Source: Vicinamibacterales bacterium
GTDB lineage: Bacteria; Acidobacteriota; Vicinamibacteria; Vicinamibacterales; SCN-69-37
Direction: 5' to 3'
Assembly (NCBI GenBank): GCA_046597705.1
Contig: JBKJJZ010000510.1
Span: forward strand, 699-64,698
Length of the DNA: 64,000 bases
This document shows positions 8,898 through 16,702 of the stretch, one piece after another. The position numbers were made by a program, and so were the translations under genes. Position 1 is the first letter of the stretch, and each line of letters starts with the position of its first letter. The notes beneath the pieces were generated by a model. It ran no database searches, was not told where the DNA came from, and saw only the letters and a program-made list of their open reading frames with translations.

Positions 8898-9248
8898 ATG
8901 GCCCCTATCGCGAAGAAGCCCGGCATCATTCAGGGCACCCTGGACCTCCTGATCCTGCGCACCCTGGTCTTCGGCCCGCTCCATGGTCATGGGATCGTCA
9001 AACATATCAAGTCCGTGTCGGGCGAGGTGCTCACGGTTGAGCATGGTTCGCTGTATCCGGCTCTGCAGCGGCTCGAAAAACTCGGCTGCATCACCTCGGG
9101 GTGGGAAGTCAGGGACACCGGCCGCGAGATGAAGCTGTACCGGCTGACCCCGAAGGGCCGGACTCAGTTGAAGGCTGAAGAGTCCAAGTGGGCGCAACTC
9201 ACGGAGGCCATGACGCGATTGCTGCGGCCCGGCCAGGTGAGGTCCTGA
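8898..9248 (+). CDS. PadR family transcriptional regulator
   Basis: QGTLDLLILRTLVFGPLHGHGIVKHI...GSLYPALQRLEKLGCI...YRLTPKG. ATG 8898 was chosen because the longer ORF from 8796 reads through the repeat array. Confidence 0.85.
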   Translation: MAPIAKKPGIIQGTLDLLILRTLVFGPLHGHGIVKHIKSVSGEVLTVEHGSLYPALQRLEKLGCITSGWEVRDTGREMKLYRLTPKGRTQLKAEESKWAQLTEAMTRLLRPGQVRS

Positions 9249-11815
9249 TGGGCACGCGCGATTCGCGTCGAGACGATGACCTCCAGCGCGAGATACGGCT
9301 GCATCTGGAACTCGAAGCCGAAGAACGAAAGGCCGAAGGCCTTTCCAAAGAAGACGCGCGCCGCGCCGCGGCCATAGCCTTCGGCAATGTCGGGAAGGTT
9401 CGTGAGGATGCACGCACGGTCTGGTTCCCGCTGTGGTTGCAACAGGCGGGGCAGGACCTGCGATACGCCCTGCGAGTGGCGCGCCGGACTCCGGCGTTCA
9501 CCCTCGGCGCGATCCTGATCCTTGCCATTGGGGTGAGTGCCAGCACCACCATCTTCGGCGCCCTCAAGGCCGTCGTCCTGGCGCCGATGCCGTTCGCACA
9601 GCCCGAACAACTGGTGCGCCTCGCACAGACGAATCAACAACGTGGGGTGAAGGCATTCAACGCATCACTGCCGCTCTACCGCGATTGGCAGGCAAGAAGC
9701 GGAAGCTTCAGCGCAGTCGCCGCCGAACGCGGCGGAGCCGTCACCGTGCAGGGGCTGGGTGATCCCAGGCATCTGGACGCCAGGTGGATCACGCACAACA
9801 TGTTTTCGCTGCTGGGGCTCACGCCCGTGCTCGGCCGCACGTTCCAGCAGGAAGACGACGTGCCTGGCGCCGGCCGGGTGGTGATGCTGTCGCATGGATT
9901 CTGGCGCAGCGCCTTTGGCGCAGATCCGGGCGTGCTGAATCGCGCCCTCACCATCGACGGCCGTGCCTGCACGATCATCGGTGTCGCTCCGCCCGATGCG
10001 CTGAACACGACCGATCATGTTTTGTTGCCCGTCGTGCCTGTCACAGAGGACCGCCGTGGATCCTCGGACCTGGACGTGTATGCCCGCCTGAAGCCCAATG
10101 TCACGATCGACCAGGCCTCCAGCGAGATGACCGCCATTGCGGCGCAACTGGGGCGCGAGCATCCGGAGAACCACGGTGGCTGGGGTGTCAGCGTGGTGCC
10201 GCTTGCAGAATCGGTGGTCGGGCCCGCAACGCCGCGACTGTTGTATCTGCTCCTCGTGGCCGTCGGTGTGCTCCTCCTGATTACCTGTGCGAATCTCTCG
10301 AGCCTGTTCCTGGTCCGAGCCTCGGCGCGTACTTCCGAAATTGCCATTCGTGCCGCAATCGGTGGAGGGCGTGGCCGCATTCTTCGCCAGTTGCTGACCG
10401 AGAGCCTTCTGCTTGCCGGCGCCGGCGGCGCATTGGGTGTGGTTCTGTCACTGAGCGGGATGCGGCTCTGGCGCAACCTCATGGCTGGCGATGTGCCGCG
10501 CGCAGGCGAAGTCACCGTGGACATCTGGGTGCTCGCGTTTGCATGCGCGGTGTCGGTGGCCGCGGGTGTGCTTGCCGGTCTTGCGCCCGCCCGGCAGATG
10601 GCCAGACTTGATGTGATTCAGGGCCTGCGCGACGGCTCTCGATCTGTGGCGGCAGGCACGAACCGGACACGCAACGCCATGGTGATTGGCCAGCTCGCGC
10701 TCTCCGTCATCCTGCTTGCCGCCGCCGGCGTGACCGTACAGACACTCGATCACCTGAGCCATGTTGATCCCGGCTTCACTGCTTCACTGGTCCTGACCGC
10801 GCGCATCGCGCCGCGAGATCGGCCAGAGAAGTTCTTCGCAGATTTGCTGGCACGTGTCCGCGCCATTCCCGACGTGGCGATGGCCGCCGCCGCCAGTCAC
10901 GCCCCGATGGCGCCAGGCAACCTCAGCCTCCATGTGTTCCCCGTGGGTGAAGCGCGAATTGCCGCCACCGAATCGGTCCAGGCAGACTGGCGCATCGTGA
11001 CCGACGGTTACTTCGGCGCGATGGAAACGCCGCTGCTTGCGGGCCGCGATTTTTCAGCGAGAGACGACGGCAATGCGCCGAAGGTGATCATCGTCAATCA
11101 GACTCTGGCACGGCTCGTGTGGGGCGAGCGCGAGCCAGTTGGCCGTCAGCTGGATCTGGGCGGCGGGGGCGGCACGCCCGCCACAGTTGTGGGCCTCGTG
11201 CGCGATATGCGCCACCACAATCCGGCAGTGGCGCCAGCGCCCACGTACTATGTGCCGGCGGCGGCAGGCGTCTGGGGCACGATGGCACTCGTGATTCGCA
11301 CGGACACCGACGCCGCCTCACTCATGCCGCGCATTCGCGCGCAGGTGGCCGCTCTCGATCCCGCGCTGCCGGTCTACGACATCAACACGATCGAGACACT
11401 GATGCGCCGGAAACTGGCGCCGCAGCGGCTGGTGGCAGGCGTCCTGACCGGATTTGGTGTGCTCGCGCTGCTGCTGGCGGTGCTGGGCATCTACGGCGTC
11501 ATGGCCTACGCCACGCGCCAGCGCGCGCGTGAGTCCGCGATCAGGCTCGCGCTTGGCGCCACGCGGAGGAACGTGATCTGGTCGCTGGTGCGTGAAGGCG
11601 GCTGGCTGGTTGCGGTGGGAGCAATTATCGGACTGGCCGGCGCGATTCCCGCGCTGCAACTGATCGATAGTCTGTTCACCGATGTGAGTCCCGGCGATCC
11701 ACTGACCCTGGCCGTTGCGGTCGGCGTGCTGGCGGTCGCCGCGCTGCTGGCCTGCTACGTGCCGGCGCACAGGACCGCGCGCATCAACCCGATTCAGACG
11801 CTGAGGGGTGACTAG
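9248..11815 (+). CDS. ADOP-family duplicated MacB/FtsX-type ABC permease
   Basis: N-terminal prefix helix DDDLQREIRLHLELEAEERKAEGLSKEDARRAA, followed by two MacB-periplasmic-domain + FtsX halves (~855 aa). ATG 9248 shares one base with the PadR stop (TGA 9246-9248). Confidence 0.85.
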   Translation: MGTRDSRRDDDLQREIRLHLELEAEERKAEGLSKEDARRAAAIAFGNVGKVREDARTVWFPLWLQQAGQDLRYALRVARRTPAFTLGAILILAIGVSASTTIFGALKAVVLAPMPFAQPEQLVRLAQTNQQRGVKAFNASLPLYRDWQARSGSFSAVAAERGGAVTVQGLGDPRHLDARWITHNMFSLLGLTPVLGRTFQQEDDVPGAGRVVMLSHGFWRSAFGADPGVLNRALTIDGRACTIIGVAPPDALNTTDHVLLPVVPVTEDRRGSSDLDVYARLKPNVTIDQASSEMTAIAAQLGREHPENHGGWGVSVVPLAESVVGPATPRLLYLLLVAVGVLLLITCANLSSLFLVRASARTSEIAIRAAIGGGRGRILRQLLTESLLLAGAGGALGVVLSLSGMRLWRNLMAGDVPRAGEVTVDIWVLAFACAVSVAAGVLAGLAPARQMARLDVIQGLRDGSRSVAAGTNRTRNAMVIGQLALSVILLAAAGVTVQTLDHLSHVDPGFTASLVLTARIAPRDRPEKFFADLLARVRAIPDVAMAAAASHAPMAPGNLSLHVFPVGEARIAATESVQADWRIVTDGYFGAMETPLLAGRDFSARDDGNAPKVIIVNQTLARLVWGEREPVGRQLDLGGGGGTPATVVGLVRDMRHHNPAVAPAPTYYVPAAAGVWGTMALVIRTDTDAASLMPRIRAQVAALDPALPVYDINTIETLMRRKLAPQRLVAGVLTGFGVLALLLAVLGIYGVMAYATRQRARESAIRLALGATRRNVIWSLVREGGWLVAVGAIIGLAGAIPALQLIDSLFTDVSPGDPLTLAVAVGVLAVAALLACYVPAHRTARINPIQTLRGD

Positions 11816-11825
11816 GCGCGCGTGG

Positions 11826-11977
11826 AAAATGGGGCAATGGGGCAATGAGGCAATGGGCCAATGGAATGGGGCAATGCAACGAATGAGGCAATTTCAATTG
11901 CGGCATTGTCACTGCCCCATTTGTTGCATTGCCCCATTCCATTGGCCCATTGCCTCATTGCCCAATTGCCTAATTCC
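11826..11977. repeat. Octamer arrays in inverted arrangement: perfect 40-bp inverted repeat (11841-11880 / 11923-11962) with a 42-nt spacer
   Basis: I reverse-complemented ggcaatgaggcaatgggccaatggaatggggcaatgcaac by hand. It is identical to gttgcattgccccattccattggcccattgcctcattgcc at 11923-11962. Confidence 0.95.
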
Positions 11978-12000
11978 TCCCGGATGCGCATAATCCGCGC

Positions 12001-12846
12001 ATGCGCAGACCCCTCTTTGTTCTCGCTCTGATCACCGCATGCCTCGTGCCGGCGACAGCGTCGGCCACGTGGTCGATTATCGCCGTTGACCTCTCCAACA
12101 AGCGCCTGGTCATTGCCTCGGCCACCTGCGTCAACAATGACGACAAGTTCCTGATGGGCGTGCAGGCCGTGGTGGTGCCGGGAATGGGAGTGGCGGCTTG
12201 CCAGGCCGGCGTGGACGGCACGCACCAGAATCAGATGCTGGTGTTTCGTGAATTGCAGAAGGGCACCGACCCGAAACAGATCATCGAGATGCTGAGTGCC
12301 GATCCGGCCTATCAATCGCGCCAGTTCGGCATCCTCGATTTTCAGGGACGGATGGCGGGACATTCAGGTCTCACCAATGGCTACGTCTCACAGGACATTC
12401 AAGGTCAGGTGCCAGGCACGCAGATTTACTACTCGATTCAAGGCAACATCCTGCGGCCCGGCCAGGTGGTGCCCAATGCCGTGGCGGCGTTCCTGGCCAC
12501 AAAAGGCGCGCTGACCGATCGCGTCATGGCGGCGATGGAAGCCGCCGATGGATCGGGCGGCGACAGCCGGTGCGTCTGCCCGCCGTGGCCCACCGACGGA
12601 TCGAAGCCCGCGTTTGCGTGCGACGGCAAGACCGCGCACGTGGCGTACATCCTGATGTCGGATCCGAAAGACACCAATGGTGATTCGCACAACAACGGCA
12701 AGTACTCGATGTACATCACCGTGGCGCAGCCCGGTGAGAATCGCGGCCCGGGCGTAATTGTGGCAGGGGAGAACCTGAACCCGGTCAAGACGCTGCGCGC
12801 GCGCTATGACGCGTGGCGCAAGACTCAACCGGCGACGTTCAAGTAG
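12001..12846 (+). CDS. DUF1028 family (Ntn-hydrolase-like) secreted protein
   Basis: Signal peptide, then ATWSIIAVD (the Thr-nucleophile context typical of DUF1028). Also YQSRQFGILD and GNILRPGQVV. Confidence 0.65.
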   Translation: MRRPLFVLALITACLVPATASATWSIIAVDLSNKRLVIASATCVNNDDKFLMGVQAVVVPGMGVAACQAGVDGTHQNQMLVFRELQKGTDPKQIIEMLSADPAYQSRQFGILDFQGRMAGHSGLTNGYVSQDIQGQVPGTQIYYSIQGNILRPGQVVPNAVAAFLATKGALTDRVMAAMEAADGSGGDSRCVCPPWPTDGSKPAFACDGKTAHVAYILMSDPKDTNGDSHNNGKYSMYITVAQPGENRGPGVIVAGENLNPVKTLRARYDAWRKTQPATFK

Positions 12847-12855
12847 AGAAGGCTG

Positions 12856-13530
12856 ATGCGAACCCTCCGAATCACGCTCGCGCTGATGCTGGTGTTTGCG
12901 GCCGTGGCACTGGTGCCGGCCCAGACACCGCCCCCGGCCACCACAACCGTTCAGACGCCGCCTCCCCCAGGCACGCCTGTGCAGACGCCCGCTCCGGGAC
13001 GCGGAGGCGGAGGTGGGCGCGGCCGCGGTGGCACGGTCATCATGACGCTCACCGCGCCCTGGGCGGCGGGCGCCGAGATTCCCGTCAAGTACACACAAGC
13101 CGGCGGCGAATTGTCGCCCGCATTGAACTGGGACAATCCGCCGGAAACGGTCGTCAGCTTCGCGCTGATTGTTCACGACGTATCCGCCCCGGTGAATCCG
13201 GGAACCGACGACATGTTGCACTGGATGGTGTGGAACATTCCCGCGGCATCGCGCGGGCTGCCCGAGGGCGTGCCCCGCGGATCGCAACTGACCGATGGCA
13301 CACGTCAGATCAGCGCGACGGGACCGAACTATCGCGGCCCCGGCGCCGCGGCATCGGGACCGCCGCATGTCTACGTGTTCGAGTTGTATGCGCTGGATGC
13401 GACGATCGATGTCCCCGCCCTGGGGCCGACCGGCGCCAGCGTGCCGCAGACGCGCGCCGCAGTCATGGCGGCCATGGCCACCCACGTGCGCGGCAAAGCC
13501 GTCACCGCGGGCGTCTTCAAGCGCCGCTGA
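12856..13530 (+). CDS. YbhB/YbcL family Raf-kinase-inhibitor-like (PEBP) protein, secreted
   Basis: Signal peptide and a Pro-rich linker. Motifs SPALNWDNPP, FALIVHDVSAP, HWMVWNIP and PPHVYVFELYALD. Confidence 0.8.
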   Translation: MRTLRITLALMLVFAAVALVPAQTPPPATTTVQTPPPPGTPVQTPAPGRGGGGGRGRGGTVIMTLTAPWAAGAEIPVKYTQAGGELSPALNWDNPPETVVSFALIVHDVSAPVNPGTDDMLHWMVWNIPAASRGLPEGVPRGSQLTDGTRQISATGPNYRGPGAAASGPPHVYVFELYALDATIDVPALGPTGASVPQTRAAVMAAMATHVRGKAVTAGVFKRR

Positions 13531-13634
13531 GTGGCGCCCCTCAAGGGACGCCCTACGTCCGGCGGCGTGGCGCCCCTCAAGGGACGCCAGTACGAGCAGC
13601 TTGCGTAGGGCGTCCCTTTAGGGGCGCCAAATCG
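13531..13634. repeat. Three REP-like hairpin elements (two reverse, one forward)
   Basis: Copies are gtggcgcccctcaagggacgccctacgtcc, gtggcgcccctcaagggacgccagtacg and gcgtagggcgtccctttaggggcgccaaatcg. Confidence 0.9.
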
Positions 13635-13660
13635 ATCGACGCCAATTACAGGATGCGTTC

Positions 13661-13689
13661 TTGACACGCCTCGCTGGCACCTGTATACC
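13661..13689 (+). promoter_or_regulatory. Sigma70-like promoter TTGACA-N17-TATACC
   Basis: ttgacacgcctcgctggcacctgtatacc lies ~45 nt upstream of the ATG at 13735. An AAGGAGA ribosome-binding site sits at 13722-13728. Confidence 0.4.
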
Positions 13690-13734
13690 CTCTGTCTCCC
13701 TTTCGCGGATGGGCATTTTTACAAGGAGACATGC

Positions 13735-13998
13735 ATGAGAAAACTGAAGATTGGACTGGTCGCGGCGGCGGCATTCTTGATCGCGGGCATCACGGCCCCG
13801 GCCCCGGCAAGCGCGCAGGGACCCGGCGGCAAAGTGGTGATCTGCCACACGCCTGGCCACCGCAATGATTCGCTGCAGCTCCGCGGCCAGTGTGGCGGAG
13901 GCCCTCAGGCTCCGACGAATAACAAGGTCATCGAGATCGAAGTCTCGACCAACGCCTGTTGGGCGCACCTGGGCGGGCCCTGCCAGCTCGGGACGTAG
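13735..13998 (+). CDS. Small secreted Cys-containing protein (87 aa precursor), unknown function
   Basis: Strong RBS and signal peptide MRKLKIGLVAAAAFLIAGITAPAPASA. The mature ~60 aa carries 4 Cys (VVICHTPG...GQCGG...STNACWAHLGGPCQLGT). Confidence 0.6.
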   Translation: MRKLKIGLVAAAAFLIAGITAPAPASAQGPGGKVVICHTPGHRNDSLQLRGQCGGGPQAPTNNKVIEIEVSTNACWAHLGGPCQLGT

Positions 13999-14017
13999 CG
14001 TCGGCGGTTTCCACAGA

Positions 14018-14101
14018 GGGGGACGGGTCTCGATCTGTGGAAAACTTTCCGGACATTGATGACTGAGTCCGGAAGTTTCCCACAGTTCGAGGCCCGTCCC
14101 C
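14018..14101. terminator. Long imperfect palindrome (~35-bp arms) between convergent genes; probable bidirectional terminator
   Basis: Left arm ggggacgggtctcgatctgtggaaaactttccggac, centre attgatgactga, right arm gtccggaagtttcccacagttcgaggcccgtcccc. There is also a local 10-bp hairpin tttccacaga/tctgtggaaa. Confidence 0.5.
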
Positions 14102-14105
14102 TTTG

Positions 14106-15527
14106 CTACTTCACCAGAAACAATTTGTCCTGGCGCCTGAGCGCCCAGCGCACTTTGCCGTCGGCGCCGATGATCATGTCTTCCTCCTGCGCCATGCGCA
14201 CCGGCTGGCCGCCCCACTCCGGCACGGGCGTCGTCGCCTGAAGTTCGATCGAAAACCACATCGACGGAATCACCCTGGCGTCGCCGCGGCCGGGCACGCC
14301 GTTCTGGTAATCCCACAAACCAATCAGCGGTCCCGCGCCGTGTCCGTTCACGCCAATCGGGTGTGAATACATCGTGCCGTCAATGCCTTTGGCCTTCATG
14401 CCTTCCAGCACCGACAGTAGAATCTCGTTGCCCGTACGGCCGGGACGAATTTCAGCCATCGCGATGTCCTGCATGGCGTTCGCATTCGCCAGCGCCTTCT
14501 TCAGACCGGCGGGCGCATCGGTCTCGCCGGGTTTCAGCACGTATGCGTTGTGTTGCGTGTCGGTGTTGAGCCGCGCGACCGTGATGCCGACATCGCAGTG
14601 CAACACGTCGCCGCGCTGGATGATCGGATCCGCGCCAAGCTGTTCGTCGGTCGCGCCCTGTCGCTGGACCTCAATGCTTGGCTGGAACCACGTGGCCATG
14701 CCTTGATCGTTCACGCGTTGCCGCCACCACCACACCAGGTCGCTCGCCCGGGTCTGGCCCGGCACGATCACCTTTTCGGAAAACATCGTCTGCGTCATCT
14801 GCCACACGTGCGCCGTCATCTTCTCGAAGAACGCTTCTTCATCCGGCAGTCGTGAGGCGATGAGTTCGAGCGGCAGACCCTCCGCGTCCTTGAACTTCGC
14901 CGACCACGTGGTGCCGAGCGCGGCGGTCATGCCTTGCAGCTCGCCGCTTGTCAGGCCGTCGGTAAAGGCAAACACGGTCGAACGATTGATGCCGATGACC
15001 GACGGCTTGCGCTCCTCGATCACTTGCTTGAGCGCCTGCCACTGTTCGTCACCCCAGAGTTCGGCCTGGCGGCCGCCCACCGCGGCCCGGACGGGCGCCG
15101 TGGACCTGCGCGCTTCGAACACGCCGCCCTGGGACGTTCCGCCCAACGCGATGCGATCGACGCAGGTCGCCGTTACCGGCGTCTTCGCGGCCGCGCACCT
15201 GTCGAAGAACACATATATCGTGCGGCGGCGCGCGGCGAAGGTTTCGGGCGCAACCAGCGAGGAGAAGACGGGATCCTCGTTGTATTCGCGCATCGGCACC
15301 ACCCACAGGTCGATGCCGTGTTTTCGCATCAATGCGGGCAGAAACGTGTCGAGACGCTGTTTCAGCCATGACTGTTGCATGACCGCCTGTTCCCGCAGCG
15401 TGCCAAACGGGCGTTCGGTAGTGGGCACCGCGTTGGGCGCGAGCCGTTCTTGAAAATCAGACGCAGCGATTACAGAAACGCTGAAGGCCAGCGCCGCGAA
15501 GGCTACCCGAAAAGTGCTAGATGACAC
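14106..15527 (-). CDS. M24 family metallopeptidase (Xaa-Pro aminopeptidase/creatinase-like), secreted
   Basis: VLHCDVGI, MYSHPIGVNGHGAGP and FSIELQ match the pita-bread fold pattern. GTG 15527 is preceded by GGGAGGA and followed by the signal peptide STFRVAFAALAFSVSVIAA. Confidence 0.75.
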   Translation of the reverse strand: MSSSTFRVAFAALAFSVSVIAASDFQERLAPNAVPTTERPFGTLREQAVMQQSWLKQRLDTFLPALMRKHGIDLWVVPMREYNEDPVFSSLVAPETFAARRRTIYVFFDRCAAAKTPVTATCVDRIALGGTSQGGVFEARRSTAPVRAAVGGRQAELWGDEQWQALKQVIEERKPSVIGINRSTVFAFTDGLTSGELQGMTAALGTTWSAKFKDAEGLPLELIASRLPDEEAFFEKMTAHVWQMTQTMFSEKVIVPGQTRASDLVWWWRQRVNDQGMATWFQPSIEVQRQGATDEQLGADPIIQRGDVLHCDVGITVARLNTDTQHNAYVLKPGETDAPAGLKKALANANAMQDIAMAEIRPGRTGNEILLSVLEGMKAKGIDGTMYSHPIGVNGHGAGPLIGLWDYQNGVPGRGDARVIPSMWFSIELQATTPVPEWGGQPVRMAQEEDMIIGADGKVRWALRRQDKLFLVK

Positions 15528-15576
15528 ATGTTCCTCCCTGAAATAGGTGCACCATGATAAAACAGGCACCACGCGA

Positions 15577-15924
15577 ATGACTGGCGCGCATTCTCTCGAA
15601 CGGATGGCCGACAACGCCCGCACGATTCAGGGTGTCTGGTCGGGCGATCTGAAGGCCGGCGACTGGGTCATCGTCCGCACGAAGAACTCCGTCTACTCGC
15701 TGGCCTCTCTTGGTGATGGCCGCTTTCAGGTATCGGGCGGATGGTTCCATTCACACGGCGGCCATGCGCGGCTCGTGCGTATTCTCGGCTGCACGTGGGG
15801 GGGCCGCGCGATCCTCACCGAAATGATCGCGGCGCCCGGCATGTTCATCGAGTTCGACAATGGCGTGCAGACTACGCGCGTGCAACATGTGCGCGTGCTG
15901 CGCAGTTCCGGCACCACGCACTAG
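15577..15924 (+). CDS. Hypothetical small protein
   Basis: The ORF has coding-like composition (…GDWVIVRTKNSVYSLASLGDGRFQVSGGWF…) but no motif I recognise. The start is ambiguous (GTG 15547, ATG 15577, ATG 15604). Confidence 0.4.
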   Translation: MTGAHSLERMADNARTIQGVWSGDLKAGDWVIVRTKNSVYSLASLGDGRFQVSGGWFHSHGGHARLVRILGCTWGGRAILTEMIAAPGMFIEFDNGVQTTRVQHVRVLRSSGTTH

Positions 15925-16012
15925 TTCCCGCGAACGTGCCGGACTTGAGCCGGCTCCGCCAACCCAGCTCGAAGCATGCCGGGGACCCTCTTCCCGGTGT
16001 AAACTGCGGGCC

Positions 16013-16702
16013 GTGCTGAAGATTTCAAACCTCGCGCTGATTGCTGCCGTGGGACTGGGCGCCTGCAACCCTTCGCCTGACCCGGTGGCCGCCCAGCCGG
16101 CCACCGCCGGCGCGGCCCAAGGTGGGCCACCGGCCATTGTTCAGCCCGGCGCGCCCGGCCAGGCCTCGACGGTCGTTTCGAGCGTCCCCAGGTTTTCTGA
16201 CAACAACTTCACGGACGGCGATGTGAAATTCATGCAGGGCATGATCCATCACCACAGTCAGGCGCTGGTGATGGTGGCGATGATCGGCACGCACACGAAG
16301 ACTCCAGAGCTGGTGGCGATGGGCCAGAAGATCCACCTCTCACAGAGCGGCGAGATTCAGGCGATGAAGGAATGGCTCACCGGCCGGAAACAGGAAGTGC
16401 CGATGATGATGCCCGATGGAACGGTGATGGACCACGGTGACATGGCTCCGATGCCCGGAATGCTCACGCCCGCGCAGATGAAGGCGCTCGACGCCGCGCG
16501 CGGCGCCACGTTCGACGAGCTGTTTCTCACCGGCATGATTCAGCATCACAAGGGCGCGCTGAAAATGGTGGCCGATCTGCGCGAAGCCGGGGGAGGGAAG
16601 GAGCCGAACATCGGCGGCTTCCTGAACGACGTCGACAACGATCAGCGGATGGAGATTGTTCGCATGTACGGACTCTTAGGGAGGCCAGTGGAATGGAAAT
16701 GA
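16013..16702 (+). CDS. DUF305 family lipoprotein (ferritin-like four-helix protein, often metal/copper associated)
   Basis: GTG 16013 gives VLKISNLALIAAVGLGAC (lipobox LGAC). Two half-repeats carry MIHHHSQAL and MIQHHKGAL. Confidence 0.75.
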   Translation: MLKISNLALIAAVGLGACNPSPDPVAAQPATAGAAQGGPPAIVQPGAPGQASTVVSSVPRFSDNNFTDGDVKFMQGMIHHHSQALVMVAMIGTHTKTPELVAMGQKIHLSQSGEIQAMKEWLTGRKQEVPMMMPDGTVMDHGDMAPMPGMLTPAQMKALDAARGATFDELFLTGMIQHHKGALKMVADLREAGGGKEPNIGGFLNDVDNDQRMEIVRMYGLLGRPVEWK

